Notes: generated from the letters alone by a model not told the origin. DNA of 64,000 nt from an uncultured candidate division Zixibacteria bacterium (GCA_963668625.2 CAXXKA010000006.1:672001-736000), one strand, 5' to 3'; counted from the first letter of the stretch, positions 50,400 through 60,422 are shown. Numbers and translations: made by a program.

Positions 50400-50431
50400 G
50401 CGTCAGGATGTCCTCCGTTCCATCCTGACGC
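50400..50431. repeat. Palindromic repeat (copy 1; inverted copy at 56060-56088)
   Basis: gcgtcaggatg-tcctccgttc-catcctgacgc; the reverse complement of 56060-56088 is gcgtcaggatgtcactcctgccatcctga. Confidence 0.75.
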
Positions 50432-50489
50432 ATGTGGGCTATACTAAGCTAGTTCCAAAAACTCGAAACGGAGTTTCTTGAGCAATTGT

Positions 50490-50512
50490 GTTACCAAACA
50501 GAGTTTGGTAAC
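50490..50512. repeat. Perfect palindrome of a dispersed repeat family
   Basis: gttaccaaac-aga-gtttggtaac; related to ggctccaaagc-agc-gctttggaacc (48352-48376) and cctggttcccaagct (43126-43140). Confidence 0.65.
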
Positions 50513-50649
50513 AAGATCAGAAGGCTCGACATTAATCTCAATACATATAACCCATCACAATAATCTCCAATACCATCTTTAAATCTCAGATAACCCTATA
50601 AATACCAACCGAAACTTGTAATTAATCTTTACAAATTACGAGCGGTTAT

Positions 50650-50713
50650 TTGTGAAATATGTAACAATTTCACCAAAAAATCATTTGACACTTGAAACAT
50701 CTATGACTATTCT
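50650..50713 (+). promoter_or_regulatory. sigma70 promoter of dcd-por with an upstream Rex/CRP-type palindrome
   Basis: TTGTGAAATATGTAACAA (50650-50667); TTGACA-N17-TATTCT (50685-50713). Confidence 0.6.
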
Positions 50714-50753
50714 CAGGTACTGTAACCTAACCCTAAATAGGAGTGGTTGAAGT

Positions 50754-51314
50754 ATGCCGGTAATGCCGGATAAATGGATAATCGACATGGCCGAAAAAAG
50801 CGGCCTCATAGAGCCTTTCGAGCCCGGACAGGTGCGGGAGGGCGTGATATCCTACGGGGTGTCCTCATACGGCTACGATTTCCGCCTGGCTGATGAGTTC
50901 AAAATCCCCGGCAAGCAAAGCGATTCGATCATCGATCCCAAAGCGTTCGATATCGGAGCGTTCGACGATTTCACCGGCGATCACGTTATCATACCGCCGC
51001 GTGGATTTGTCATTGCCCGCACGCTGGAATATTTCCGCATCCCGCGCGATATACTGGCGATCTGCACGGGCAAGTCCACCTACTCGAGAGTTGGCATCAT
51101 GGTTAATTTCTCACCGTTCGAGCCTGAATGGGAGGGACACGCCACGTTCGCAATATCCAATATCACCGATATCCCGGCTAAAGTATACGCCAACGAGGGG
51201 ATAGGGCAGATAATATTCCTGAAAGCCGATGAGGTATGTACTGTGTCATATAAGGATAAAAAAGGCAAGTACCAGGCCCAGAGCGGCATAACCATTTCAA
51301 AAATAGAAAAATAA
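50754..51314 (+). CDS. dcd: dCTP deaminase
   Basis: [41 protein letters not shown]. Confidence 0.96.
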   Translation: MPVMPDKWIIDMAEKSGLIEPFEPGQVREGVISYGVSSYGYDFRLADEFKIPGKQSDSIIDPKAFDIGAFDDFTGDHVIIPPRGFVIARTLEYFRIPRDILAICTGKSTYSRVGIMVNFSPFEPEWEGHATFAISNITDIPAKVYANEGIGQIIFLKADEVCTVSYKDKKGKYQAQSGITISKIEK

Positions 51315-51390
51315 CTTGGAGTTCAATTTAATATTAACGTTTTTAAGTCGAACATAAGTTTAAAGATAATAATTAAGTAAGGAGGATAAA

Positions 51391-51942
51391 TTGAAGGAAT
51401 TGCGTCTACATGGACGCGGAGGCCAGGGAGTCGTAACAGCGGCCGAGCTGGTTGCCCAGGCTGCGTTTGCCGATGGCAAATATTCGCAGGCTTTTCCGTC
51501 ATTTGGTTCGGAAAGAATGGGCGCCCCGGTACAGTCGTTCGTTCGTATCGATGACAAGCAGATCAGGGCACGTAATCAGATTTACTTTCCTGATTTTCTC
51601 ATCGTGCAGGATTCTACCCTGATTGGCACCGTGGATGTTACAGCAGGTCTTAAAGATGATGGTTTAATGATCATCGATACCGAAAAAGACCCATCCGAAC
51701 TTGGTTTGAATATCAAGGCGAAGATTTTAACTATTCCGGCTACGAAAATAGCTATCGAGGTTATCGGTCGTGCTATACAGAACACTACTCTTCTGGGCTA
51801 TTTCGCGGCCGTGACCGAGTTGATATCATTCGATGGCGTGAAAAAGTCGATCGAGCATCGTTTCCCCGCGGCCATCGCGATAAAGAATATCAAAGCAGTA
51901 GAGAGAGCATTCGATTTCGCAAAGGAGGGCGCCCATGTCTAA
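51391..51942 (+). CDS. porC: Pyruvate/2-oxoacid:ferredoxin oxidoreductase gamma subunit
   Basis: ELRLHGRGGQGVVT, FPSFGSERMGAPV. Confidence 0.93.
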   Translation: MKELRLHGRGGQGVVTAAELVAQAAFADGKYSQAFPSFGSERMGAPVQSFVRIDDKQIRARNQIYFPDFLIVQDSTLIGTVDVTAGLKDDGLMIIDTEKDPSELGLNIKAKILTIPATKIAIEVIGRAIQNTTLLGYFAAVTELISFDGVKKSIEHRFPAAIAIKNIKAVERAFDFAKEGAHV

Positions 51943-52192
51943 ACCTACATTGATAGCCGTTGGCCCGGGTACCTCGAAAGCGAATAAAACCGGTAGCTGG
52001 AGAATCAACGTACCGGTATTTAAACATGATACCTGCAACGATTGCCGCATTTGTGTGCTGGTTTGCCCCGATGCCTGTATTTTCGGGCAGGATCACAAAT
52101 ACAATGCCGAACTTGATTATTGTAAAGGCTGCGGAATCTGTGCTTATGAGTGTCCAGTCGATGATATTGATATGATTTTGGAGGTTAAATAA
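51935..52192 (+). CDS. porD: Pyruvate/2-oxoacid:ferredoxin oxidoreductase delta subunit (2x[4Fe-4S])
   Basis: KTGSWR, CNDCRICVLVCP, CKGCGICAYECP. Confidence 0.93.
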   Translation: MSKPTLIAVGPGTSKANKTGSWRINVPVFKHDTCNDCRICVLVCPDACIFGQDHKYNAELDYCKGCGICAYECPVDDIDMILEVK

Positions 52193-53367
52193 TGAGCAGA
52201 CAGTTTATCGAGGGTTCGATGGCCGTCTCTCAGTCGGTCAAATTATGCCGTCCCGATGTTATAGCGGCTTATCCGATTACGCCTCAAACCCACATAGTAG
52301 AATTTTTAGCGCAAATTTGCGCCAATGACGAACTACCGAAAAGCCAGTTTATCAATGTCGAATCCGAATTCGGCGCCGCCTCGGTGGTGTTGGGCGCCTC
52401 AGCGGTAGGCGCGCGCGCCTATTCGGCCACTACCGCCCAGGGCCTTCTGCTGATGGCTGAGGTACTTTACAACCTCGCCGGCATGAGACTACCGGTAGTG
52501 CTGACTATCGCCAATCGGGCGATATCGGCTCCGATCAATATCTGGAACGATCACTCCGACGCCGTGGTTATCCGCGATGGCGGCCTGATCATGCTATTTG
52601 CCGAGGATGCCCAGGAGCTTATGGACATGCATCCCCAGGCATTCAAAATCGCTGAGAATCCCGAAATCATGCTGCCGACCACGGTCAACATGGATGGATT
52701 CATCCTGACCCATAATTTCGAGCCTGTCGATGTTCTCGAGCAGAAAACAGTCGATGATTTCCTGCCGAAATATGCGCCGGAGCTCAAACTCGATATCAAC
52801 GATCCCAAAACGATGGGTCTTCTGGCCGAGCCTACCTGGTACATGGAAAACCGCTACCAGATCAAAGAGACGATGGATGACGCTATGCCGGTCATCGAGC
52901 AGACAGCACGCGATTTCGAGAAGATCACCGGTCGCTGGTACGGTGGCCTGATCGATACCTATCGTATGGAGGATGCCGAGACCGCGTTCGTGGCTATGGG
53001 TTCTCTCATCGGTACGTTGAAAGACGTAGTCGATACTCTTCGCGAGAAAGGCGAGAAAGTCGGTATCATAAAAATAAGATCATTCCGGCCGTTCCCGCAT
53101 GAAAAAATCCGCGAGGCCGCGTCCAATGTCAAGAGACTGGTCGTGTTCGATAAATCGTACTCGTTCGGTTTCGGAACGATACTGCAGCAAGAATTGATGA
53201 GCACGTTCTATGCTCAGAAACATCAGCCGGAGATCTCCGGATTCGTGGTCGGTTTGGGTGGACGAGATATTCCGCCTCAATCGTTAATTGATAGCTACAA
53301 CAAAGCCAACAAAGGCGAGGTCAGAAACGAGTTCGTCGATCTCAGGCTTGATGTGGTGGGGAGGTAA
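52192..53367 (+). CDS. porA: Pyruvate/2-oxoacid:ferredoxin oxidoreductase alpha subunit
   Basis: AAYPITPQT, VESE, NRAISAPINIWNDH, GLGGRD. Confidence 0.95.
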   Translation: MSRQFIEGSMAVSQSVKLCRPDVIAAYPITPQTHIVEFLAQICANDELPKSQFINVESEFGAASVVLGASAVGARAYSATTAQGLLLMAEVLYNLAGMRLPVVLTIANRAISAPINIWNDHSDAVVIRDGGLIMLFAEDAQELMDMHPQAFKIAENPEIMLPTTVNMDGFILTHNFEPVDVLEQKTVDDFLPKYAPELKLDINDPKTMGLLAEPTWYMENRYQIKETMDDAMPVIEQTARDFEKITGRWYGGLIDTYRMEDAETAFVAMGSLIGTLKDVVDTLREKGEKVGIIKIRSFRPFPHEKIREAASNVKRLVVFDKSYSFGFGTILQQELMSTFYAQKHQPEISGFVVGLGGRDIPPQSLIDSYNKANKGEVRNEFVDLRLDVVGR

Positions 53368-53369
53368 TC

Positions 53370-54296
53370 ATGGCAGAGGTTCAAAAGAAAAGAAAACAGA
53401 AACCTCCAATTGAGGAATCGTTATTAACCAGTGGGCATCGTGCTTGCGCCGGCTGTGGCGAATCGTTAGGCGCCAAGCTGGTCATGGATGCCGCCGGTAA
53501 AAATACAATGGTAGCAACATCCACCGGATGTCTCGAGGTGTTCTCGACTCCGTATCCCGAATCGGCCTGGAGAGTTCCGTGGGTACATTCGCTGTTCGAA
53601 AACTCATCTGCCGTAGCCGCCGGTATGGATGCCGGTTTGCGCGCGTTGGGCAGACGGGAAGACACCAACATCATTGCCCAGGGTGGTGATGGTGGTACCG
53701 CCGATATCGGAATCGGTTGCCTTTCGGGTATGCTCGAACGCAATCATCAGATATTGTATGTTTGTTACGATAACGAGGCATACATGAACACCGGTGTGCA
53801 GCGTTCCGGCCTGACCCCGTTCGATACACATACCACGACCTCACCGTCTGGTAAGGTATCGTTCGGTAATCAGCATGCCAAAAAGCCGCTTCTCGAGATT
53901 GTCGCGGCGCATAATATTCCGTATGCTTGCACGGCCACGGTTGGTTTCCCCAATGATGTTCAACTCAAGGTGAAAAAAGCTCTTAAAGAGGAAGGCGCTA
54001 CGTTCATACATCTGCACGTACCCTGTCCGCTTGGTTGGGCGTACAAGTCCGAGGAGACCATCGAGGTTGCCCGCCTGGCAGTCTGGACCGGCCTGTTCCC
54101 GATATTCGAAATGAAGTACGGTAAGGTCACCCGTGTGCGCAAGATCAAAGAGAACGAGCGTCGCCCGGTTGAGGACTACCTGAAAAAGCAGGGTAGATAC
54201 CGTCACTTGTTTGCCAGCGATGAGTCCAAGAAAGAGATCGAGAAGATCCAGGCCATCGCCGATGCTAACATCGAGAAATTCGGATTAATGGCGTAA
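53370..54296 (+). CDS. porB: Pyruvate/2-oxoacid:ferredoxin oxidoreductase beta subunit
   Basis: GHRACAGC, TGC, GGDGGT.DIG, DNEAYMNTGVQRS, PCPLGW. Confidence 0.95.
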   Translation: MAEVQKKRKQKPPIEESLLTSGHRACAGCGESLGAKLVMDAAGKNTMVATSTGCLEVFSTPYPESAWRVPWVHSLFENSSAVAAGMDAGLRALGRREDTNIIAQGGDGGTADIGIGCLSGMLERNHQILYVCYDNEAYMNTGVQRSGLTPFDTHTTTSPSGKVSFGNQHAKKPLLEIVAAHNIPYACTATVGFPNDVQLKVKKALKEEGATFIHLHVPCPLGWAYKSEETIEVARLAVWTGLFPIFEMKYGKVTRVRKIKENERRPVEDYLKKQGRYRHLFASDESKKEIEKIQAIADANIEKFGLMA

Positions 54297-54305
54297 GTCA
54301 GCCGA

Positions 54306-54332
54306 GTAGGTCAAAACCCCTGTGGTTTTGAC
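54306..54332 (+). repeat. GTAG-type REP-like palindrome
   Basis: GTAG followed by gtcaaaacc-cctgt-ggttttgac. Confidence 0.6.
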
Positions 54333-54350
54333 GTGATATAGAATATCCAC

Positions 54351-54383
54351 GAGCCGTCGGGAATCCTTTCCCGACGGCTTTTT
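54351..54383 (+). terminator. Intrinsic terminator of the por operon (near-identical copy at 56708)
   Basis: agccgtcgggaa-tcct-ttcccgacggct followed by a T tract. Confidence 0.85.
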
Positions 54384-54681
54384 ATATAGCTTATAATATC
54401 TAATTGCGGTAGCTAACCTCAACTACCGTGAGGCGGGTAAGATTAATAGTAATAGTATATATAATCCGACTATTTCCATGAAAATAATACTTGACACGAA
54501 AAGGCCATAATAATAATATCAAATAGCTAAACAGCATTATTAATTACCCATCACATTTATAATTACAGCGCAGACTTTATAAAACACCATCGTTTTGGTT
54601 GAACAGGTTTAACCGGAAATCAGGATATCAATTGTAGTGATTCGAGGTATTGAAATTTTTATTCTCATTGGGAGGTAAAAC

Positions 54682-55855
54682 ATGTTGATTCTAAAGAATA
54701 AGGGGAGATTTCTTGTTAAGCTTTTCGTTATGTTATCATTTATATTTTCTCCAGCGTACTCACAGGATTTTTCACTCGAAAATGGTTCTCCACAGGTACC
54801 GTTTCCAATTGCCGCCGCCGATATCATGGAGACCGGCGGGTCAACTCAAAGGTACTTTTTTTGGTCAATTGATCCAGCCTGGAGCGCGGTTGACAACATA
54901 GATGCTTTCAGTTATGGTACCGATCAATTAGATATTTTCCCGGTAAACGCGATATTTTCGGTTGATTGGGTAACAGCAGGTGTTGCGGGAGGAAGGGTGG
55001 ATACCGAGGTGACAGGTAATGGCGCTTTAGGCGATAAGTTTTATGTAAGGTTGTGTAGCAATCCACCTGTGCCAGCTAAGCTGCCCGCACTGTGGTATGA
55101 TGCCCCAACACATTCGCTGATGCCGGCGCCCACCGAGGATAACATCGATGGTTTGAGCACAATACGATCGAGTTCAACCTGATTTATACTTTTCTGTGGA
55201 TTTTACCGTAACCGGCCTTAATCCCGCCGAAATCTATTATCAATCGCCGGCCGGTTCCGGGCCATATATTTCTTTTGCGTCCCCCATGTCAATGGGGCTG
55301 GTATCAGGGGATGATATTGACGCTTTAGCAGTCTGGGACAACCCGGGCGCAGGAACAATAGGCATATTTGATCCCGGCATTGATATCATCTATATTTCGC
55401 TCACCTGCGGTTCACCAACCGCTGTAGGAATGGGTTGTGCCTCAATTATCGATGTCAGCCCGGGTTTCCCGATTCTGTTGTATAATGAGGCCGATTTCGA
55501 CTTGTTGCCTAATCTCGTGGATAACATCAACGGCATGGATTTTACGAAATTCTATTATTTGCCGGGGGATGCTAATATGACTGCCGGCGGCTGGCCCCCC
55601 GCGGTAATTGGCGCTGATGTCACTAACCTTGTTAGCTATTTCAGGGGTACAAGTCAACCATGCAATCTTTGCGGTTTTTATGCCAGCGCTGATGCCAATG
55701 GAGATTGTCAGGTAATTGGCTCGGATGTAACTTACCTTGTAGGCTATTTCCGAGGAATGACAAACCTGCGATATTGCCCCGATTATCCAACGGAATGGCC
55801 AACGCTAGGTGATCTCCCGGCTAACGCGCCGGTCGATTGGCCTTATTGCGACTAG
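54682..55855 (+). pseudogene. Secreted repeat protein with C-terminal dockerin, split by a frameshift near 55157-55180
   Basis: Signal peptide; D(N/D)I(D/N)(A/G) repeats continue across both ORFs; frame 2 reads QPDLYFSVDF upstream of its GTG; dockerin PGDANM...IGADVTNLVSYFRG / ADANGDCQVIGSDVTYLVGYFRG. Confidence 0.75.
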
Positions 55856-56173
55856 TGATCTCATGCGATTGCTGTAATATATCATGATGATATACTGCTG
55901 TTTGATTGAGCGGCAGGCTCAACTGAGCAAGGGACTGCCTCCGCCTGCCGCAATATATATCGTTATCTAAAACCGGTTAATTGATGATTTCAACCGCTTT
56001 TCAATTATGCTAAAATCAATACTATGGATATTTGCCGACTGGTATTCGTATTTTATTTATCAGGATGGCAGGAGTGACATCCTGACGCGCACCTCAACCA
56101 GTGGCCGGGCACATGAGCTATAAACCTATCCAACCCCGGTAATATCATAGTTATGGACTAATTATTATCCGTG

Positions 56174-56551
56174 TTATAAGCTGCTATCGGTTTCGGTGTA
56201 TGCCAATACCAGCGCGGTTATACGATAGCAGGAACTGAAAAAATCAGGCTCCTGAACCTCAACCAATCGGATGGCATCCGCGCCGACTTTATGTGCTTGA
56301 TCAATCGTGATTGCTATCATCTCACCATAATCGCAATTAACGGTCATACCGGACTCGCCCACATGGATTTTGCCGATTACCTCATATTCAATATCAATAT
56401 CATCCGATAATTCATAGACATGCACCAAGTAATCATCTGGCTTCGGCGAACGATTCTCGCCTAGAGCGGTGTATCTAATTGTTGCGGCACATCCCATGAT
56501 AAAAAATAATGTTAAAATAATTAATGATATCGTAATTAGTATCTTTCGCAT
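56174..56551 (-). CDS. Hypothetical lipoprotein (YbjQ-like fold possible)
   Basis: GGAGGA SD, MRKIL signal, lipobox IMGC; YEVIGKI...AHKVGADAI. Confidence 0.75.
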   Translation of the reverse strand: MRKILITISLIILTLFFIMGCAATIRYTALGENRSPKPDDYLVHVYELSDDIDIEYEVIGKIHVGESGMTVNCDYGEMIAITIDQAHKVGADAIRLVEVQEPDFFSSCYRITALVLAYTETDSSL

Positions 56552-56707
56552 ACTCCTCCCATCCAATCATTATGATGCTTAAATTCGTTCAGCCTTTCTA
56601 TATCAATACAGGCTGTTGCCGTTAAATTATTTATTGATATAAAATATATAGAACGTTAGCCTGAATCAAGATAAATGCTGGTATTAGCAGCTACTATTAT
56701 TTTTTCA

Positions 56708-56740
56708 GAGCCGTCAGGAATCTTTTCCTGACGGCTTTTT
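56708..56740 (+). terminator. Terminator-like hairpin, paralog of 54351-54383
   Basis: agccgtcaggaa-tctt-ttcctgacggct followed by TTTT. Confidence 0.65.
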
Positions 56741-56887
56741 GGATAGTAGCCAGTTTAATATGGGTACCCCACCTCATCTAGCGTGAGGTGGAAATGATGA
56801 ATTGTAAAAATATGCTTAATTGCTGTTATCAATCTATCCCACACCGGCAGTAACCGGGGTGAGGCATCAGGCAACCAAATAGTTCTA

Positions 56888-58036
56888 TTATTTCCCACTC
56901 TCAATCCAATTCTGAATCTTCCGAAAAACATCCCTCGGCGGATACTCATGCCCGCCGTCGTAATCTATGAAATCTACGTTGTATTCGTGTTCGGTCAGTA
57001 TCTTTCGAGCGGCAACGCCCTCCCGGTAGAAAATCGAGCGATCGTTTTTGCCGTGTACTATCATCACCCGTAAACCATTGCCCTCGGATATAGACTCATC
57101 ACCAATCCAAACAGGATTGAACGGCCCGGCAATGGGGATGATGCCTTTGAAAATTTCGTGATGCTTTATGCCCGTGATATATGTAGTTGCCCCGCCCTGC
57201 GAATGCCCCATCAAGTAGATATCGCCTATGTTATAGTATTTCTTGAGGGAATTTATCAGGTTGATAATATACTCCTCGGTGATATTGAAATCGCGTCCGG
57301 GGAATTCAATATCGCCGGGTATCCACAGATTCCAACTATAGGCGATACGATTACCTAATTGAAAGTGATAAGGCGCGAACGGTGCCGCGAATATGAATCC
57401 CGGATCGTCGAATTTCGAGTAATTCTCCACGAACCTGTTAGCATCATCACTGTAACCGTGGAGCCCGACCACCAGGGGATAGGTTTTTGTTCGGTCGTAG
57501 TTGTTCGGCAGATGAAGCCGGCACTGGAAAATAGCGCAGGCATCGAAAAACAATGTTCGACCCTGTGTCTCCGAATCGAGACTCGTTAGCCGGGGGATAC
57601 TATCGAGCACAGCTTTGAATTCCGGATTGCTCCTGACATTGTTAAAATCGGCGTCGTTTTTAGCCAACTCGGTATTTTGGAAGCCGCTGGTCAGGGCCAG
57701 CCTGAGATATTTCGTTGCCAGCTCCGGTTGATTCATCAAGCCATAGCAGCAGGCGAGATTATAGATAGAGATATTATCACCGGGATTGAATTGCAGGGCG
57801 TAAAGATACTGCGCTGCGGCCCTGCGATAGTCGCCTTCGTTGTAAAAGCTCTGCGCCTGCCGGACTAACTCGCGCTGATCCTGAAACAGAAAATCCCCGG
57901 CGGCGGGATCGAGAGGATCGATAGATTCGGGATTACTCATGGCTTTTGGTTTTTCCTGGGTCTGTCCCAAAAGTACTCTGGCGGAAGCTATTAATATTAT
58001 TATTACTAACGAAAAGAGCAATATCTTTTGAATCAT
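56888..58036 (-). CDS. Exported TPR + alpha/beta hydrolase (esterase/phospholipase)
   Basis: Signal peptide; TPR YNLACCYG; LHG, GHSQGG, HGKND, GGHE catalytic triad. Confidence 0.88.
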   Translation of the reverse strand: MIQKILLFSLVIIILIASARVLLGQTQEKPKAMSNPESIDPLDPAAGDFLFQDQRELVRQAQSFYNEGDYRRAAAQYLYALQFNPGDNISIYNLACCYGLMNQPELATKYLRLALTSGFQNTELAKNDADFNNVRSNPEFKAVLDSIPRLTSLDSETQGRTLFFDACAIFQCRLHLPNNYDRTKTYPLVVGLHGYSDDANRFVENYSKFDDPGFIFAAPFAPYHFQLGNRIAYSWNLWIPGDIEFPGRDFNITEEYIINLINSLKKYYNIGDIYLMGHSQGGATTYITGIKHHEIFKGIIPIAGPFNPVWIGDESISEGNGLRVMIVHGKNDRSIFYREGVAARKILTEHEYNVDFIDYDGGHEYPPRDVFRKIQNWIESGK

Positions 58037-58151
58037 TTTATCCTCCTACGGTTATTATAGATACAGTCGAGTGATGATTATATTTCATTCCGATTGTTTT
58101 GTAAAATAAATTAAACTTGATCGTTAAACCGCGATAGGGTAGAATTAAATC

Positions 58152-58707
58152 ATGGAAACGGCTTTAGCCATATTTTCGGGGGTCGCGCTGGCCGCCGCTT
58201 GTGGGTTCAGGGTGTTCGTGCCGCTTTTAGTTATGGGACTGGCCTCGAAAGCCGGGCTTGCAAGTTTTAGCGAAGGATTCGTCTGGATAGGCTCCACGGC
58301 CGCGTTGATAGCGTTCGCATTGGCTACGGTTTTGGAGATACTGGCTTATTTCATCCCCTGGTTCGACAACCTGATGGACACTATTGCCACACCGCTTTCG
58401 GTTATTGCCGGCGCAGTGGTTATGGCCTCGTTCGTTTTCGGATTTGGACCCGTTGTTCAAATGGACTATGATACTGGTTGCAGGCGGGGGAGTGGCCGGT
58501 TTCGTGCAGGGATCGACAGCCACGGCCAGAGCTGTCTCGACCGGCGCTACCGGTGGATTGGCCAACCCGCTGTTATCGGCAGGAGAGCTTGGCGGCTCTG
58601 TGATTCTGGCGCTTTCCGGATTGCTGATACCGGTCATCGGAGTAATCCTTGTTTTGTTGATATTGATATATACCGCCTACAATCTGATCCGGCGCAAACT
58701 TGCCTGA
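58152..58707 (+). pseudogene. DUF4126 membrane protein with a 1-bp frameshift in the T4 run at 58435-58438
   Basis: LAAACGFRVFVPLL, EILAYFIPWFDNLMD in frame 1; TGGLANPLLSAGE in frame 2; deleting one T gives ...ASFVSDLDPLFKW. Confidence 0.85.
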
Positions 58708-58897
58708 ATAGACTATGCCTAACCTTAAATAATTAATTGACAAATAAATATTAGGGCTATCTATCGAACACATATTAAGTTACGTAAATCTCTAATGTTG
58801 AATTAAGATGAATTAATACGATTATTCTTGTTATTTAGTTGAAGTTGGTTATTTTATGGTATCACTACAACATAATTAATTACTGCAACAGGAGGTA

Positions 58898-60361
58898 ATG
58901 ATGCGAACGAGGAATGTGACCATTTCACATGTAATACTATCGGCTGTGCTGATAATATTGATTAGCAACTCGGTATTTGCTCAATGGGGGGATTTTAACG
59001 TAGATCAGATTACCGACGATGGTGAGCGAAAGAACAGTGGACCGCAAGCATTAGCCCTTGATTCTAATGGTAATCCTCATATCGCTTGGATTGAGGCAGA
59101 TATAGATGCCGGAAACACTGTCCTGTACAATAGTATGAATTCTGACGGCAATTGGGGATATGTGAAAACACTTGCCGATACTACTCTTAATCCATCAATC
59201 CCTGCCATAGCTGTTTCGCCTTTTAATGATAGAGCTTATGCCGTTTATGCCGCCAATAATGATATCTATATCTCTTATTTGAATGGTATGATGTGGGGGC
59301 GTGAGCAGGTATCACTGACCTATGACGAAAACAGCTCGCCTACTATAGCCGTTGATGATTCTGGTTATATTCATATAGCATGGATTATTAAGTATAGCGA
59401 TCAGGACGAATATCATATTGCTTATGCCTATGGAAATATAGGTAACTGGGTTGAAATGTTACTTGAGGATAGTGAACTGGGTAGATATGGAGCTGGAGCA
59501 ACTCCAAATATTGATGTAGACTCTGATAGAATGCCTCACATCGCATATCGTGGTATGGTAAATGGTAATTATAGCATATATCACGCTTGGCCAGGCGAAC
59601 TTGGGTGGCAGTACGAGAAAGTTCCCAGTACCAATTCTAATGATCTTGCTGGAAAGGTGGCAATTGATTCGGAGGACGGGCTTCATTTTGCCATGAGTGG
59701 GAGTGTAAATGTGGATGAACCAACCAAATGTGCGTATAATTATAAATTCCCCGATGGTACCTGGGGAGGTCCAGAAGCCATTGGCGAGACATTGGCTTTA
59801 GTCAATCCATCACTGGCGCTGGATGCTTATAATAGACCTCATATTTGTATTATGGGAGAGGATTTCGACATGATAACCGGCATTATCTATTATGCTTACA
59901 AAGATAATTCCGGGTTCTGGCAATGTGATTCTCTATTTGGTGATGATTTTTATTATCCTTGCCTGAAGATTGACGATTATAACACCGGTAAAATGTTTTG
60001 CCGTTCGGGATGTAATACCGGCGTGCGCGATTTATACTATCTGACCGGTGATGTAACAACCTCTATTGACGATGACAACAATGATCAGATTATCCCACGC
60101 TCTTTTGAGCTTGGTCAGAATTACCCCAATCCTTTTAATGCTCAAACCATCATTAGTTTCAGCCTTTCAAGTCCGGGGCCGGTTCAGTTGGATGTTTATG
60201 ATGTCCTCGGTAAAAAGGTAGAGTGTTTGTGTAATGGTCATAAGAGCGCCGGAAAACACGAAATCAAGTGGGATTCATCGGACTATTCCTCAGGTGTTTA
60301 TTTCTATAAGCTTAGTTATGATGGTATAACTGTTAATAAAAAGGCAATGCTGTTGAAATAG
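58898..60361 (+). CDS. Secreted beta-propeller-like protein with T9SS type A sorting domain
   Basis: Signal peptide; repeated (L/I)A(L/V)D..G..HI motifs; C-term QNYPNPFNAQT...SGVYFYKL...KKAMLLK. Confidence 0.88.
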   Translation: MMRTRNVTISHVILSAVLIILISNSVFAQWGDFNVDQITDDGERKNSGPQALALDSNGNPHIAWIEADIDAGNTVLYNSMNSDGNWGYVKTLADTTLNPSIPAIAVSPFNDRAYAVYAANNDIYISYLNGMMWGREQVSLTYDENSSPTIAVDDSGYIHIAWIIKYSDQDEYHIAYAYGNIGNWVEMLLEDSELGRYGAGATPNIDVDSDRMPHIAYRGMVNGNYSIYHAWPGELGWQYEKVPSTNSNDLAGKVAIDSEDGLHFAMSGSVNVDEPTKCAYNYKFPDGTWGGPEAIGETLALVNPSLALDAYNRPHICIMGEDFDMITGIIYYAYKDNSGFWQCDSLFGDDFYYPCLKIDDYNTGKMFCRSGCNTGVRDLYYLTGDVTTSIDDDNNDQIIPRSFELGQNYPNPFNAQTIISFSLSSPGPVQLDVYDVLGKKVECLCNGHKSAGKHEIKWDSSDYSSGVYFYKLSYDGITVNKKAMLLK

Positions 60362-60387
60362 TACGTTATTGTTTTTAAATACATTTC

Positions 60388-60422
60388 AGGCTGTTGACAA
60401 ATAATGTCGACAGCCTTTTTTT
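60388..60422 (+). terminator. Intrinsic terminator
   Basis: aggctgttgaca-aataa-tgtcgacagcct followed by a T tract. Confidence 0.8.

Noticed and set aside
47800-50520. Integron cassette array
   Set aside because: A few GTTRRRY-like words occur, but there are no paired RYYYAAC...GTTRRRY attC structures after the ORFs and no intI
55180-55182. Selenocysteine or stop readthrough at TGA
   Set aside because: Readthrough hits TAA after 12 codons, and the continuation is in another frame, so this is a frameshift
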